From assembly GCF_964194155.1 (NCBI RefSeq), contig NC_135901.1, positions 26,102,001-26,166,000 on the forward strand: 64,000 bases of DNA. The letters are read 5' to 3'. The position numbers were made by a program, and so were the translations under genes. The stretch is from Cetorhinus maximus (lineage: Eukaryota). The notes beneath the pieces were generated by a model. It searched no databases, was not told the origin of the DNA, and saw nothing but the letters and a program-made list of their open reading frames with translations. Positions 49,580 through 61,881 of the stretch are shown here, piece after piece; within the stretch, counting starts at the first letter, position 1, and every line of letters starts with the position of its first letter.

Positions 49580-49965
49580 TGATCTATCGTTTTATCTCCA
49601 CCTTTTAGCCCATTTCGATCCCTTCCCCCCACCCCACCCCCATTAGGGCCATCTGTCACTCGCTTGTCCTGCTTTCTACCCTTAATGTCACCATTAGCAC
49701 ATTCCTTAGATAATATCACCACCGTCAACACCTCTTTGTCCTTTTGTCTGTGATATCTTTAGCAATCTCTTCTTTGCCTCTACCTATCACTGGCCCTCTA
49801 TCCAGCTCTACCTGTCCCACCCCCCCTCAACCTGCTTATATTTCACCACATTTCTATATTTCTTTAGTTCTGATGAAGAGTGATATGGACTCAAAACGTT
49901 AACTGTGTTCCTCTCCGCAGATGCTGTCAGACCTGCTGAGTTTTTCCAGCTATTTTTGTTTTTGT
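49580..49965 (+). mobile_element. Penelope-like terminal repeat with a hammerhead motif (G12 mutated)
   Basis: agtt-CTGATGA-a-gagt...actc-AAAA-cg-tt-aact at 49866-49904; upstream part matches 61995-62055 in reverse complement. Confidence 0.7.
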
Positions 49966-49999
49966 CTCCTTCTACCTTCTCTGCTTCAGCCAACAGTTT

Positions 50000-50960
50000 T
50001 TCCATCCATGGGCCTTTTAATGATCCTAGGTCAAGAATCCAGCTAGAACTAGTTTGTGTACAAGGTGATTGCGTGGGGCCTGAGCTCTGGAGGGATTTGA
50101 ACAAAATAATGGTAATTTTAAAGGCTGAGGGCATCAGAATTTTACTCCCTGCTAAAGATGAAGAATGCTCCCTTAACTACTGAAAGAGCAGAAAAGTGAA
50201 ACATTGTCCATCTAAATTTTGGAAATAGATTCAAAATGAGGGAGATATCAAACTCTATATCTTTAACAGACATGGAAAGAAGGAAATGAATGACCTTTAG
50301 AGATCTACTCCACTTGTGAATCAGTCACCACTCACCAACACTATTACACTGTCAGAGTTTAGGGGCTCGGAGAGAAAAAACAATGTGACCGTGAATCTAA
50401 TTTGGGAAATACAGTTGAAGAAATAGGATTCAATTTATAACCTAAAGTATTGAACTTCAAAGAAAAATAATTGTTTGCAATTAATATATTCATGTTTCCC
50501 AACACCGGTGGGGAGTAGGTGTGGAGAATGTTCAGTTTATACTATTCTATTGTTCTATGTTTATGATGCATTACCTTCCCCTCCAATCTGTAACATATAA
50601 GTGGCGAACCATTCTGCCCAGAATGCTTCATGTGGGTGAATTCAGCCTATCTCCATCAGAAGGGCCTGAAACGCACAGGCGCAGGATGGCCCCTCCCTTC
50701 CCAGAGGGAAGGGATCTGCTAGACACAGCCTCTCCCACTTTACAAATATGTGGGGCTTCTTCATATTGCAACATCCCAGCCAATTGGTAGTTGTGAGGTT
50801 GCAGGAGAGTAATGCCTTTATTTATAATTCCATAATCCATCTGCCCTATCACATTGGGAATACTACCTGAACTGGGCTCTTTATTAATAATGTTACTCAG
50901 GTATGTGAAATGTGTGGAATTATTGGATCAAACTCTATGAGGTACTCTGTGTACTTAACT
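50000..50960 (-). mobile_element. Possible highly decayed L1-clade fragment
   Basis: Scattered peptides NKGITLL, LPSGKGG and YKLNILH resemble L1 ORF2 C-terminal motifs; heavily broken. Confidence 0.3.
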
Positions 50961-51034
50961 AACCAGTGAACCCCTAATATCTGTTTCAGCACACAGGTAG
51001 ATCGATTTTTCCACAGGGATGAAGGTGAAGAGAA

Positions 51035-51672
51035 TTATCCACCCTAGGATTCTTAGTGTGGACAGGGTGCGATGTGTTTTGAGACGGGATATCCCAGTTC
51101 TCCACCCTGGGATTCTCAGTATGAACGGGGTGGGATGTGCTTTGAGACAGGATGTCCCAGCTCTCCATCCTGGGATTCTCAGTATGAACAGGGTGTGATG
51201 TGTTTTCAGACAGGATGTCCCAGTTCTCCACCCTGGGATTCTCAGTATGAACGGGGTGGGATGTGCTTTGAGACAGGATGTCCCAGCTCTCCATCCTGGG
51301 ATTCTCAGTATGAACAGGGTGTGATGTGTTTTCAGACAGGATGTCCCAGTTCTCCACCCTGGGATTCACAGTATGGACAGGGTGTGATGTGTTTTCAGAC
51401 AGGATGTCCCAGTTCTCCACCCTGGGATTCTCAGTCTGAACAGGGTGGGATTTGTTTGGAGACAGGATGTCCCAGTTTTCCACACTGGGATTCTCAGTAT
51501 GGACAAGGTGTGATGTGTTTGGAGTCAGGATGTCCCAGTTCTCCACCCTGTGATTCTCAGTATGAACAGGGTGGGATGTGTTTGGAGACAGGATGTCCCA
51601 GTTCTCCACACTGGGATTCTCAGTATTAACAGGGTGGGATGTGTTTGGAGACAGGATGTCCCAGTTCTCCAC
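51035..51672. repeat. 63-bp minisatellite, about 10 copies, with a 126-bp higher-order duplication
   Basis: Unit gggattctcagtatgaacagggtgggatgtgtttggagacaggatgtcccagttctccaccct; stop-free 21-aa repeat frames on both strands. Confidence 0.95.
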
Positions 51673-51774
51673 CTTTAAAGGGACAAAGAGAGAACCAGAT
51701 GGATAGAATGGTGATGCTTTATGACATCAGTGCAGTGCCTGGGATCTAACCTCCCTGAACCCTGCTCGATATTG

Positions 51775-52055
51775 GCTGTGAGAGTTTGATGGGACAGCGC
51801 AGAGAGAGTTTTACTCTGTATCAAAACCGTGCTGTACCTGCTCTGTGGCACTGTTTGATGTGGTACGTTGTGGAAGTTTTACTCTGTATCTACCCTGGGC
51901 TGTACTTGCCCTGGGCATGTTTGATGGGACGATTTAGAGGGAGCTTTGTTCAGTATCTAATTCTGACACATATTGTACCTATCTTGGGAATATTTGATGG
52001 GAAAGTGCAGAGGGATATTTACTCTGTTTTTAATACATGTTGTACCTGCCCTGAA
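51775..52055. repeat. Degenerate tandem repeat of about 65 bp, about 4 copies
   Basis: Recurring tttgatgggac...tttactctgtatctaac...tgtacctgccctg. Confidence 0.8.
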
Positions 52056-52479
52056 TGAATTCCACATTGGAACAGGCACATTAAATTCTCTCACCATGAG
52101 AAATGCTTTAAAAGACTAAAGTAGTTAATTCACAATACTGTGCTAATGGAGAGAGGCTGTTTAAATATCCTGTGTATGGAAAGAAATGAGACACCAGTGA
52201 GTTCATCTGTGACTGCAGGGGTTGGATTCTGCTATTATTCATCTCATTCAGGCCTGGGCCATGTCAGAGTGCCAGTGAACATGAATTTCTGTGAGTCCTT
52301 TAAAATTAATTTTATTGATTTAATTAATTCTTTCATCTCAATGGCATCACAGGAATCAACTTTTATTTACTATTTGTGATTTTCAATGTCGGGGCTTTTT
52401 CCCAACATTCCCCGCAGAAGTAAATGTGCCCTATTCACTCTACAGGAACTCAGTGTGCAGGTGCAGTGCTGGACAGTAT

Positions 52480-53340
52480 CTGAAGCATGCTCAGTGTCGC
52501 TTTGATCAGAACCATGCAAGTGCTAGATGTGCTCTTCAGGCAGGTGAGTTGATGGCACGCAGAGGATCAAGGCTTCAGGAAAAACCTGGTAAAGGCCATA
52601 AGGCCTGAATAAGAACCTGCAGGGCCCACGTTTGCCACTCTGGGGCTTTTTCCCGGGAACAGGCCTGGGTTAATGGCTGCCATCCTGCTTCAGTAAGTAG
52701 CACAGCAAATGCGTGGCCATTTTAGTGAGAGAACAGGGAGTGGATGAGGCTTCAGGATCCCAGTGACCAGGAAAGAAAGTTATTGAGTCATTGATTTCAG
52801 TACCAGTCTGCACACAACTGAGAACTGAACCCAGCCAGAGTAGAAGGAGAAAACTGGGAGTGGAGGAAAGGAATGGTGGAGATGGCACGATGAGTTTGCT
52901 TCTCATCACGAGGAGGAAAGCACCAAGACACAAACCCAAGTGAGAGTTTTCCAGTGCACTAGCTGTGGAAAGAGCTTTAACCAGTTACATTGCATGAAAA
53001 ACATCACACCATTCACAGCAGAGAGAAACCGTAAACGTGTTTTGTGTGCATGGACCAGGCTTCAACTGGTCATCCAACCTAGAGACACATGGACAAGGAC
53101 ACAAGGCAGCATGGAGAAACTATGAAAATCTGAGGAGTGTGGGAAGGAATTCAGTTATCCCAGCTGAATGTCATCAGCGAACTCACAGAGGGGAGAGGTC
53201 ATTCACCTGCCCCATCTGCTGGAAGGGATTCACTCAGTCATCTAGCCTGCTGTTACACCAGCAAGTGCACACAGGTGAGAGGTTATTCACCTGCTGTGTG
53301 CATGGGAAGAGAACCACTCAGTCATTTACCTGCTTCCTGT
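52480..53340 (+). pseudogene. Heavily decayed type-B ZNF with a CpG-depleted promoter relic
   Basis: [16 protein letters not shown] and [41 protein letters not shown] in different frames; acceptor region deleted; a separate ZNF 3'-end relic at 52188-52265. Confidence 0.8.
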
Positions 53341-55002
53341 CTGGAAATAAATTTGCTGATAATGGATCCGCTGCTTTTCAGAGATCCTGGGATTCATTTC
53401 AAATTGTAACAGGACATTGGCCCCTAACAGGCTAAATGTATGTTGCGTTCTCACACAATTATCTGTCTCCAGACCCCTTCAAACAAGCTCAGAAAGTAGG
53501 AAACGATGTGTTGTTGTTTAATGTTTATTTCTATTACACAAGTGACTACATACTGAGACCATGAGATTACTGGATACTCACGGGAGGTCTCATCAGAAAG
53601 AGCTGAGAGTCATTCTAATCTGGTTACTCTAGTCAAAGTTAGACCAGGTCAAGAGTCCCAACCTTTTGTGTATTGAACCATTTTTCTTTTAGTAAGGTGT
53701 TGCAAACTTGATAATAAATATCAACATGTTCTGTTTTTGTTTATTAAAATGGAAAAAGTCAATCCAATTAACTCATCTTGTAAATGATTTAATCCTCTTT
53801 AGTGAGTCTGCAAGATAATGTCATTCCTTTTCTCATAGTTTGTGCCTGAAAATCTCATATCTTTCTGAGAGATTTAATGTGCGTAAGTGTCTTTACTATT
53901 GAGAAACATTTAGTAAGGTTATTAGGATTATTCAGATCTTCCTCACTTGGCCTCCCTCCATCTACATTCCACACCGCGAGGCTCAAGAAGATTCTGCCTT
54001 TTGTAGCTTCAAAGCTTTTCTCTTGGTCAGTGCAAACATTTCCATTATATTCTTTCTCCTTGTAATCTGCCTTCAAATTCTCTTAATCAACCAGACCGTG
54101 GACATTAGGGGAATTAGCATCATCGGTAATACCAGGAGGAAATTAGAGGCAGTGATTATCCAGGAATGTTGTCCTGTATTTCACACTACCTGCCACCAGG
54201 ACTGATCACCCAGGATAACAATGGGCACTCAATGTTAATAGTAGGAGGGTGAATTTAACAATTTAACAAGCCATTCTTGACTTTTAGGTAATCTTACCAA
54301 ATGATCAGGAGGGTGTCTGACGATCTTGGTTTATGTTCCCACTGCAATGCCTCAGGTCATGGCCAGACTATTAATGCAGTTTCCTTGAGAAGTTCAGAGG
54401 CCAGGATACTAACATCTTCAACAAAAGGCTAAAAGTTTGCTAGTCTCATCTACATTTTCATTTCTTTCACACAAATGTACATGGATACCAGATTGATCTA
54501 TTCTATTGAACTATACCCAGGATGACTTATTCCAATGGCCATTTGGTGCTTTGATTTTCTCTGTCTTTTATTTTAAGTGGGTCATCCCATCAATTACCAT
54601 TCTATCTCATTCATGAGCCCTGGAGGACCTTTACTGTCTCACTCAATATTCACAGAATATGGTGTTTTTACATCAGAGATAGAAATACTTGCAATCAGCT
54701 AAGACCTAACTGTCATATGTCCTGCGATCAAGCACTTTGTCTTGAAAGATAGCAAGTGGGATAAATCCAAATCTTTAAAAGGCGAAGTCTTTAGTTCAAA
54801 CTGTCACAGTGGAAAGGATTAACTTCTTCGCTCGTTTGCAGAAAGTTGGAGCAAATGTTCTCAAATGTGCACAATTGTGTCAACTTTACATAACTTTTCT
54901 TTTCAGATCAAAAATGAAGCAAACACCTTTTTTGTTTCCTTATTTGACAGATCCTAATTTCTTTTGAAAAAAACTATAGAAGAAAGTTCATTAACAGGAG
55001 TC

Positions 55003-56193
55003 TGTTGACACAAAAAATAAACTATTTATTAAACATGAAAAAAAATGAACTAAATTACACAATTACAAAAAGGTTGGAATGATCTCAATACCAGCACAAG
55101 AAGACAATTCACATTCACACTATTCCTTTACCGCAGAAATATCTTTACAGACACATAAACCACTGAAGAGTTACCACTAGCTTCACACAAAAGCTTCTCA
55201 CTTGGGACTGGCATAGTTGCAAACAGTTTTCTTCCAGTGAATTCCTGAGCATTCACTCGATGCTTATCACCCAATTTTTATCTCTCCCCGAGACACCCAA
55301 AAAATACACTTGAAATTCATTGTTTCTTCAGCTGCAAAGTGAACAAATGAGTTCCCTAAACTCCATCTTCCAGTAGCATCTCTGCTAAACTGATCAATTT
55401 ACTGAGTTCTATAACTGATTATTCAGTTAACTACTGCCCCCAATAGCCTTATAATTTTTCTTATCAGAGAACTTAAAATTCCTGTCCTCTCTCCCTGACA
55501 CACTCTGGACTCTCAAGGACAGATGCAACCAAAGCAGATTCCATGGATTCCTCAACAACCCACCCAGACGTTTGTCACATTGTGAGCCAACCAATCTCAC
55601 TGAAACTTCGTCTTTCTCATGAGGGTTTCTAGTCGCCACATCTGAAGATCTCACCTTGGAATTTTTTCCAAAAGTCACTCCCACTTGGGCAGTTTCAACA
55701 ATGGCCCACCTCTCTCCTGAGATTCCTTTCCCCTGGATTCTCGAGCACACTCAAGCATCACATTCCAAGCACAATTTCAGATCTTTGGCTGTGTCAAGCA
55801 GAACACCACTGCTCCAAAGAGGTACCCAATGGCCCGCAGCATGGAGTCACCGACCTTCAGCTGCCTTCTCAGATCTTCAGGGCTTCTCTCAAGCTCACTT
55901 CACTACAAATATGCTCACTGCAGCTCCTTATTTAACTCTGAGCCTATCTCTCTGCTCCTTTCCTTTATCTCATTTAAAGGGACCTATTCCTGTCCCTGAT
56001 CTTCATCCTTTACCTGGGACTACTTTTTGGGATTTCTCCCTGGTTTTGGAACTTCTCCCTCTCCCCCTCCCGTGCCCTGCTCCCTGAGACACCTACCAGG
56101 TAATGGTGCTCCATCTCAGGTCATCTGACATGCATTTCCGAACTGCAGTTCCCGACCTCCGAACCAAAGAAGGTGAGTTGAGGTTTCATCACA
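55003..56193 (-). mobile_element. Possible LTR (solo or 3' LTR)
   Basis: Minus strand: purine-rich ggaaaggcg then TGTGATG... ending ...gtcaACA, AATAAA at 55025-55030; no TSD or partner LTR found. Confidence 0.25.
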
Positions 56194-56479
56194 CGCCTTT
56201 CCAAATCACTGTAATATAACTGAAGAAAATCAAAACTAAATAAGTTGGCATTGAAGCTTCAACCTTCTTAAACCAAAAAGAGCCAAAGAGGGTGGAGCTT
56301 CCTACAGCTTGTAAGCTCCGGCTCATAACTTCAAGGCTGAAGCTTATCTTTAGGGAATCGAACTTTTCGGTGCCTTTTACAATTCCACAAGTAAATTGTG
56401 ATCCATGCTAAAAGGTTCAGTAATTATAACATTTCACGTTTCTCGGCACAGAAGCTGGCAGCATTTTAAATCCCAATTG

Positions 56480-57360
56480 TACACTTCTCTTGCAGCTGGT
56501 GTATGGAGAAGGTCATTTCCACTGTAGATCTGCCAGAACAGAAACATCACTGTGCCCCTGGATACACTTGGTCTGCAAAAAGATAAAGTGTTTAATCATT
56601 ACCATAGTGAAGGTCTTCCCTGTGACGCTAAGGACGGAGAGGCCCCTGTAGTCATTGCAATCTCCTCTGTCACCCTTGCTTTTGTATATTGTGATGATTT
56701 TTGCATCATGTCCTGTGGAACAGATGCTACCTCCCAGAGAAAGAGATAATCACAATATCTGGGACTTCCTGTGCCTGAACAGTTTGGTTGGAATTCCATC
56801 CTTGCCGGGTGCCTTTCTGCTTGCTAAGCAATAATTGGCCGGTTCGAGCTGAAATGATGTGGGTTTCTCATCCAACTCAACCATGATGCGAAGCTGCAGG
56901 AGAGTCAAACGGATACTGGGAGTTGTCCGAGTCATGGGGGTACAGCTCACAGTAGTGTTCAACCCAGTGGGACATCTGTTTATTTCTGTTGGTGAATACT
57001 TCACCATCTGTCGATTTCGGGGGGGACGGTGGGGGGCAACTTTGGTGATGGTCGGACCAAGTGCCATCTTGATCCCATCATACATGGCACATAGATTTCC
57101 GTTGTCATAGGCAGTTTGGATTTCTTGGTGTAGGCTGATCCAGTGTTTATTTACACAGTATCTCCCTGTCTTTTGCACAGCCATCTTGCCTACTTTCAAG
57201 TTGTGCAGTGTTCTAGCTGTTGGATTTATTTTGTGCATCAGGTAGGCTTTGCCTTTTGCTTCAATAACAGATGTCATCTCTGCTGAGTAGGTCTCAAACC
57301 AGCTTTTGTAGTGGGTTCCACCTTTACCAAATGTTGCTGCTGCTGTGTCAGAAATGATTG
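56480..57360 (-). mobile_element. Decayed RTE fragment
   Basis: ASRKAPGKDGIPTKLF; KGDRGDCNDYRG-encoding DNA at 56640-56690; QLQEKC near 56490. Confidence 0.75.
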
Positions 57361-57864
57361 AATCAGCGACTTCTAAGCTTCATCAATATCAATGTTGATT
57401 GATGAAGCTTTTATTGATGTGCCAGTAAAATATTTTACTGTTTTGTTTCATGTTCCTTGATAATTTAATTTCATGATGGAGGTTACACTGAAGAATGTGT
57501 AAGTCAGTCAGAATTGTCAGCAAGGATTAATCAGCACTTTATAATTGGAGGTGTAAATCAGTGGAACCTTTCTGAGACTGAATTGTAGATTTTGCATCAA
57601 CGATCAATTTAGGATTGAAGCAAAAGTTCAACATTTTATTGTAAACATGTTCCTGAGGAGAGTTTTTGTATTAAGGGGAAAGATCACAAATGGTGCTTTC
57701 AAAAAGGGACACTGCAGCCCCGAATGTCAGTGACATCTCCAGAATATTAAACTCCAGCTAGTTATAGAGTTGTAAATATCTGCAAAAACAAACCTAATAT
57801 TGTCAGACTATCAGTCCTGGGTGTGATTAACAGCAGCAATAACAGCAGAGTCCAACCCCTGTAA

Positions 57865-58455
57865 TCACTTGTGAACCCGCTCATGTCTCAGCAGGTATTG
57901 TGACTGAGTGAATCCCGACTCACAGAAGGAGCAGGTGAACGGTCTGTCTCCGGTGTGAACTCGCTGACGTGTCAGCAGTTGGGATGACCAAGGGAATCCC
58001 TTCCCACACACGGAGCAGGTGAATGGCTTCTCCCCACTGTGAGTGCATTGGTGTTCATTGAGGTCAGTTGACTACCTGAAACTCTTTCCACAGGAAGTAC
58101 AGCTGAATGGATTCTCCTTCGTGTGCATTTGGTGGTGTGACTGGAGGGCGAATACCTGAGTGAATCCCTTCCCACACACGAAGCAAGTGAATGGTCTCCC
58201 ACCCGTGTGAATTCGCTGGTGTTCAGTGAGGATGGATGAAGATTTGAACTTGTGTCCACAGGTTGTGCAGCTGAATGGCTTCTTCTCAGTGTGAACTCGC
58301 TGGTGTGACCGAAGGCCGGATGACTGAGTGAATCCCTTCCCGCACACGGAACAGCTGAACGGCTTCTCCCCTGTGTGAATGTGTTGATGGATTTCCAGCC
58401 GGGATGAAGAATTGAATCCTTTCCCACAGGCCTCACATTTCCACGGTTTCTCCAT
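57865..58455 (-). pseudogene. Type-B C2H2 ZNF, 7 fingers with a nonsense codon in finger 5 (may encode a 4-finger truncation)
   Basis: MEKPWKC...; TAG at 58074-58072; frame continues to RHERVHK* at 57865; acceptor exon start 58809; AATAAA on minus strand at 57635-57640. Confidence 0.75.
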
Positions 58456-58972
58456 GGTGCCAGTGTCCTTATATCTCTTCAGGTTCAACAATCAGTTGAA
58501 GCCTTGTCCACACACAGAACACGTGTACAGTTTCTCCCCGCTGTGAATGGGGTGGTTTTTTCAGGCTATGTAACTGGTTAAAGCTCTTTCCACAGTCAGT
58601 TCACTGGAACTCAGGTGTGTATGTCTCAGTGATTTTCCAGTCACACTGATGTTTAAAACCTTTTCCCACAGACGGAAGAGAGAAACATTTCTCCTCCCAC
58701 ATTGAAAGGTTGATGACATTCAGGTCCTGGAGAATTGAGTGACTCTGTCAGATCATGCTGTAATGTTTGTTTTGAGCTTCCTGTATGTAAATCCACCCGT
58801 TCTAATACCCTGGAAGAGGAGTTTACAAAATTCATCACTGTAAATAAAGAATAGAAATTCTGAACAGACAAACTCTGGCTTCTATGGAACCTGTTTTCCT
58901 CCCTTGTTCCTGCAAAACAGTAAATCCTCATCCCACATACTCTCCCTTCTCCCCATGCTGGATTCCAAACTC

Positions 58973-59257
58973 CAGAGTGACCAACCATACAGGATTTTAC
59001 AGAAATGTCCCATATTTGAGTCAGCTGTCCTGGGCTTCCTGGTGCCGGAATACTGGTTGTCCCATAAATTGGACCTTTCTGGTCACGCCCCACACAGAAC
59101 CCTTTCCCCTACTGTTTCTGTGCAGCCAATTCACCCCATTCCCCCCTGCCTCACCAGCTCTGGCAGCATCCCACCCAACAGCCCCCACCCCGCCACCTAC
59201 TCGTATGGACTCCCATGGCAGGCTATCACTTAATTTTCTCCATGAGAGGTCATCCTA
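58973..59257. mobile_element. Non-autonomous hAT-like DNA transposon (MITE)
   Basis: Imperfect TIRs cagagtgacc / ggtcatccta; 8-bp TSD ccaaactc / ccaaaccc; empty site near 22514. Confidence 0.7.
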
Positions 59258-59349
59258 CCAAACCCCTCATACCTTCTCCACCATTTCTTTCTTCACTTCC
59301 AGTTTTATCCCTCTGTCTACTCTGGCTGGGTTCTGTTCTCAAGTCTCTG

Positions 59350-60440
59350 TGTGGAGAGTGAGAATATCATCAATGAATCAATCGTTTTCTCTCCTGGTCA
59401 CTGGGACCCTGAAGCCCCGCCCACTCTTTGTTGCATCACACAGAAAGTAAAAAGCCCCGGAGCTGCAAACGCGGGACCTGCAGGTTCTGAAGAAGAGTCA
59501 TACGGACTCGAAACGTTAACTCTGTCTTTCTCTCCACAGATGCTGTTAGACCTGCTGAGTTTTTCTGTTTTTGTTCTTACAGGTTGTTATTGGGGATTTG
59601 GGGCCTCCAGCGGGTGTTTCTGAATCCTCCCCGCCCACCTCCCAGGGTTTCCTTCCTTCCCACAGATCAGATTCCTCATTGATTTGAGCCCAAAGTGTAA
59701 CCTCATATTTATTGTCCCCCCCTCCCCCATCCTCTGATGTGAACCATCCTCCACTCGCTGACCCAGGATGGCGGCCGTTAACCTGGACCTGTTCCCGGGA
59801 GGGAGAAGCCCCACAGCTGCAAACCAGGAGCTGATAATTATTCATAACGGTTACTCCAGCTCACAATGCCCGGGGAGTGATTGACGGGAGGGACGGACCA
59901 ATGGGAAAAGGGGATGCGGCTGGGGACCCTCAAAAGAGCGGCTGGTCCTCCAACCAATCGGACTGAATGAGGGGCGGGGCTGAGCCCATAACTCCGCGTG
60001 CGCCCTGCTGCACACTGTCCCCGATGAAGATGGCGGCTCTTAGCTCGGGTCTGTCTTGGGGAAAAACCTGAGAAGTTTTCGCCCGTTCAAATGCCGTAGC
60101 CGAGCTTCATATTCGGAGCTTGGAACCTACACGAGGTGTTTTTGAAGCCTCCCAACCTACCCGCCGCATTCTTCCATTCATGACCCAACCGGAGATGACT
60201 CGCCGGCTGAGAATTTTGACACAGCCACTTCTGTCATCCGTTTTCATCGGTATTGCGCATGCTCCAGCTCACGGTGCCCGGCTGATTGGCAGCAACTCCG
60301 GACCAATAGGTAAACGGGGTGGGGGGGGCGGGTCTGGAGGACGGATAGGGTGTGGTTGGTCCTCAAGCCAATCAGAGTGAATGAGGGGCGGGGCTGAGCC
60401 CGGATCTCCCTCATTGGCTGAAACTCTGCATCATTTTAAA
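59350..60440 (-). promoter_or_regulatory. Composite CpG-island promoter region of ZNF 57865-58455
   Basis: 59350-59845 near-identical to 22610-23030; 59850-60440 homologous to 17300-17760 with a duplicated CCAAT/GC-box module; YY1 AAGATGGCGG near 60028; TGCGCATGC near 60254. Confidence 0.7.
59483..59521 (+). ncRNA. Minimal type I hammerhead ribozyme motif within a 100-bp Penelope-like insertion
   Basis: Stem I GGTT/AACT; core CTGAAGA; one extra A; stem II GAGTC-ATACG-GACTC; GAAA; palindromic AACGTT stem III region. Confidence 0.75.
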
Positions 60441-61559
60441 AGCTGATTTGTCTCAAACTCCAGGAGAAAACTGGACCTTTCTGTTTGTGGCTTTAAACAG
60501 ATGAAACCCTGTGGGTGTGGAGCAAACATTTCAACATTTGTCACTGAAATGTGGGAACATGGTGAAACAATGTACAAACAATTCAGGGGCTGACTTTAAG
60601 GAATAACTGGGCAGACAGGGAATTTCACCATTAGAACAAGGAGAGTCCCTGGTTTCAATAAATTAACTAGCAGAAGAGTAAGGGCATGTTAGGGAGAAGG
60701 TTAATGCTATCATCATTCAGAAAAGCAAATAATATAAAGGAAGAACTGATTTCAAAGACAATCTCTTGTGTGTATGGTTGAGATATGCTGAATAAGTTTA
60801 AAAGGGGTTTTCTATATTAGACAATCACATTCAAATCTAGAACTCTCATATGGATTGGTGTTCGGTGGGAAGATCTGGATCAGTGTTTTACTCCAAGAAG
60901 CCTTAAAATCAGAGTGACAGTATTTCTGAACTGATTCCTGTGATAGCAGCAATCCCATTGCTAACTGTCAGTATGACCAATGGAAGTATTTAAAGTGGAG
61001 ACCATAGGGGTGCTTAAGGATGTTGTACACAACGAATTTGTCTGAGGTTATCCTCATCTGAGAATAGCAGTGAGGGGACAGGAAGGGATCTGGAAAGGAG
61101 CAGACACTTCGTGTTGTTCCAGGTGAAGTGGGTCCTGGTTGTGTAGATGTCAGGTTTTACACAACACATGGTCAGCCTGTGGTTTCACCCTAGAATCTCT
61201 GAATTGTACCACTCAAATCACTCGATGGGATTCTCAGAGAACCAACATCATCAGCTCAGAGAGGAAGGTATCAGAGAGGAAGGTATTTTGTTACAGCTAA
61301 TGAGAAGCAGCACATACACTCAGAGACCCACACAAAAAAGACCCATATGCTCTCAAACGCACACTCAAGCACACACATCCCCATGCACACAAACTAACAC
61401 ACACAGCCATCCTTCTCCACCACCCACCCACCCACCCCCACACGCTCTCACAGCGGGTGTACAACACCACTCACCCTGACTAAAACTGGGGATGAAGTAT
61501 TGATGTCACTAAGGGCCAAAATATGAGATAAATCCAAGTAAATATTACTCTTGTAGATC

Positions 61560-61880
61560 AAAAATCTGTCTAACTCAGCCTTGAATATACTCAATGACCC
61601 AGCCTCCACTGCTCACTGGGGAAGAGAATTACAAAGACTGACAACCCTCTGAGAGAAGAAATTCCACCTCATCTCCATCTTAAATGAGAGACCCCTTATT
61701 TTTAAACTGTGCCCCCTAGTTCTATATTCCCTTGATGGGAAATTCCTCCTCAGTATCGACACTGTCAGCCCCCTCAGAATCTTCTATGTTTCAGTAAGTT
61801 CACCTCTCATTCTTCTAAATCCCAACAAATATGGGTGCAACTTGCTCAATCTTTCCTCATAAGAAAACCCCTTCATCTTA
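61560..61880 (-). mobile_element. CR1 3' fragment
   Basis: KGFSYEERLSKLHPYLLGFRRMRGELTET. Confidence 0.8.
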
Positions 61881-61881
61881 G

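Noticed and set aside
51072-51629. Cys-rich keratin-associated or metallothionein-like protein on the plus strand
   Set aside because: Translation of a minisatellite with no supporting gene structure on this strand.
53450-55000. Possible retroviral/Gypsy internal remnant
   Set aside because: No recognisable RT, RNase H or integrase motif by eye; left unannotated.
61255-61480. 110-aa ORF 61147-61479
   Set aside because: Low-complexity CA-rich sequence and a 15-bp duplication explain the open frame.
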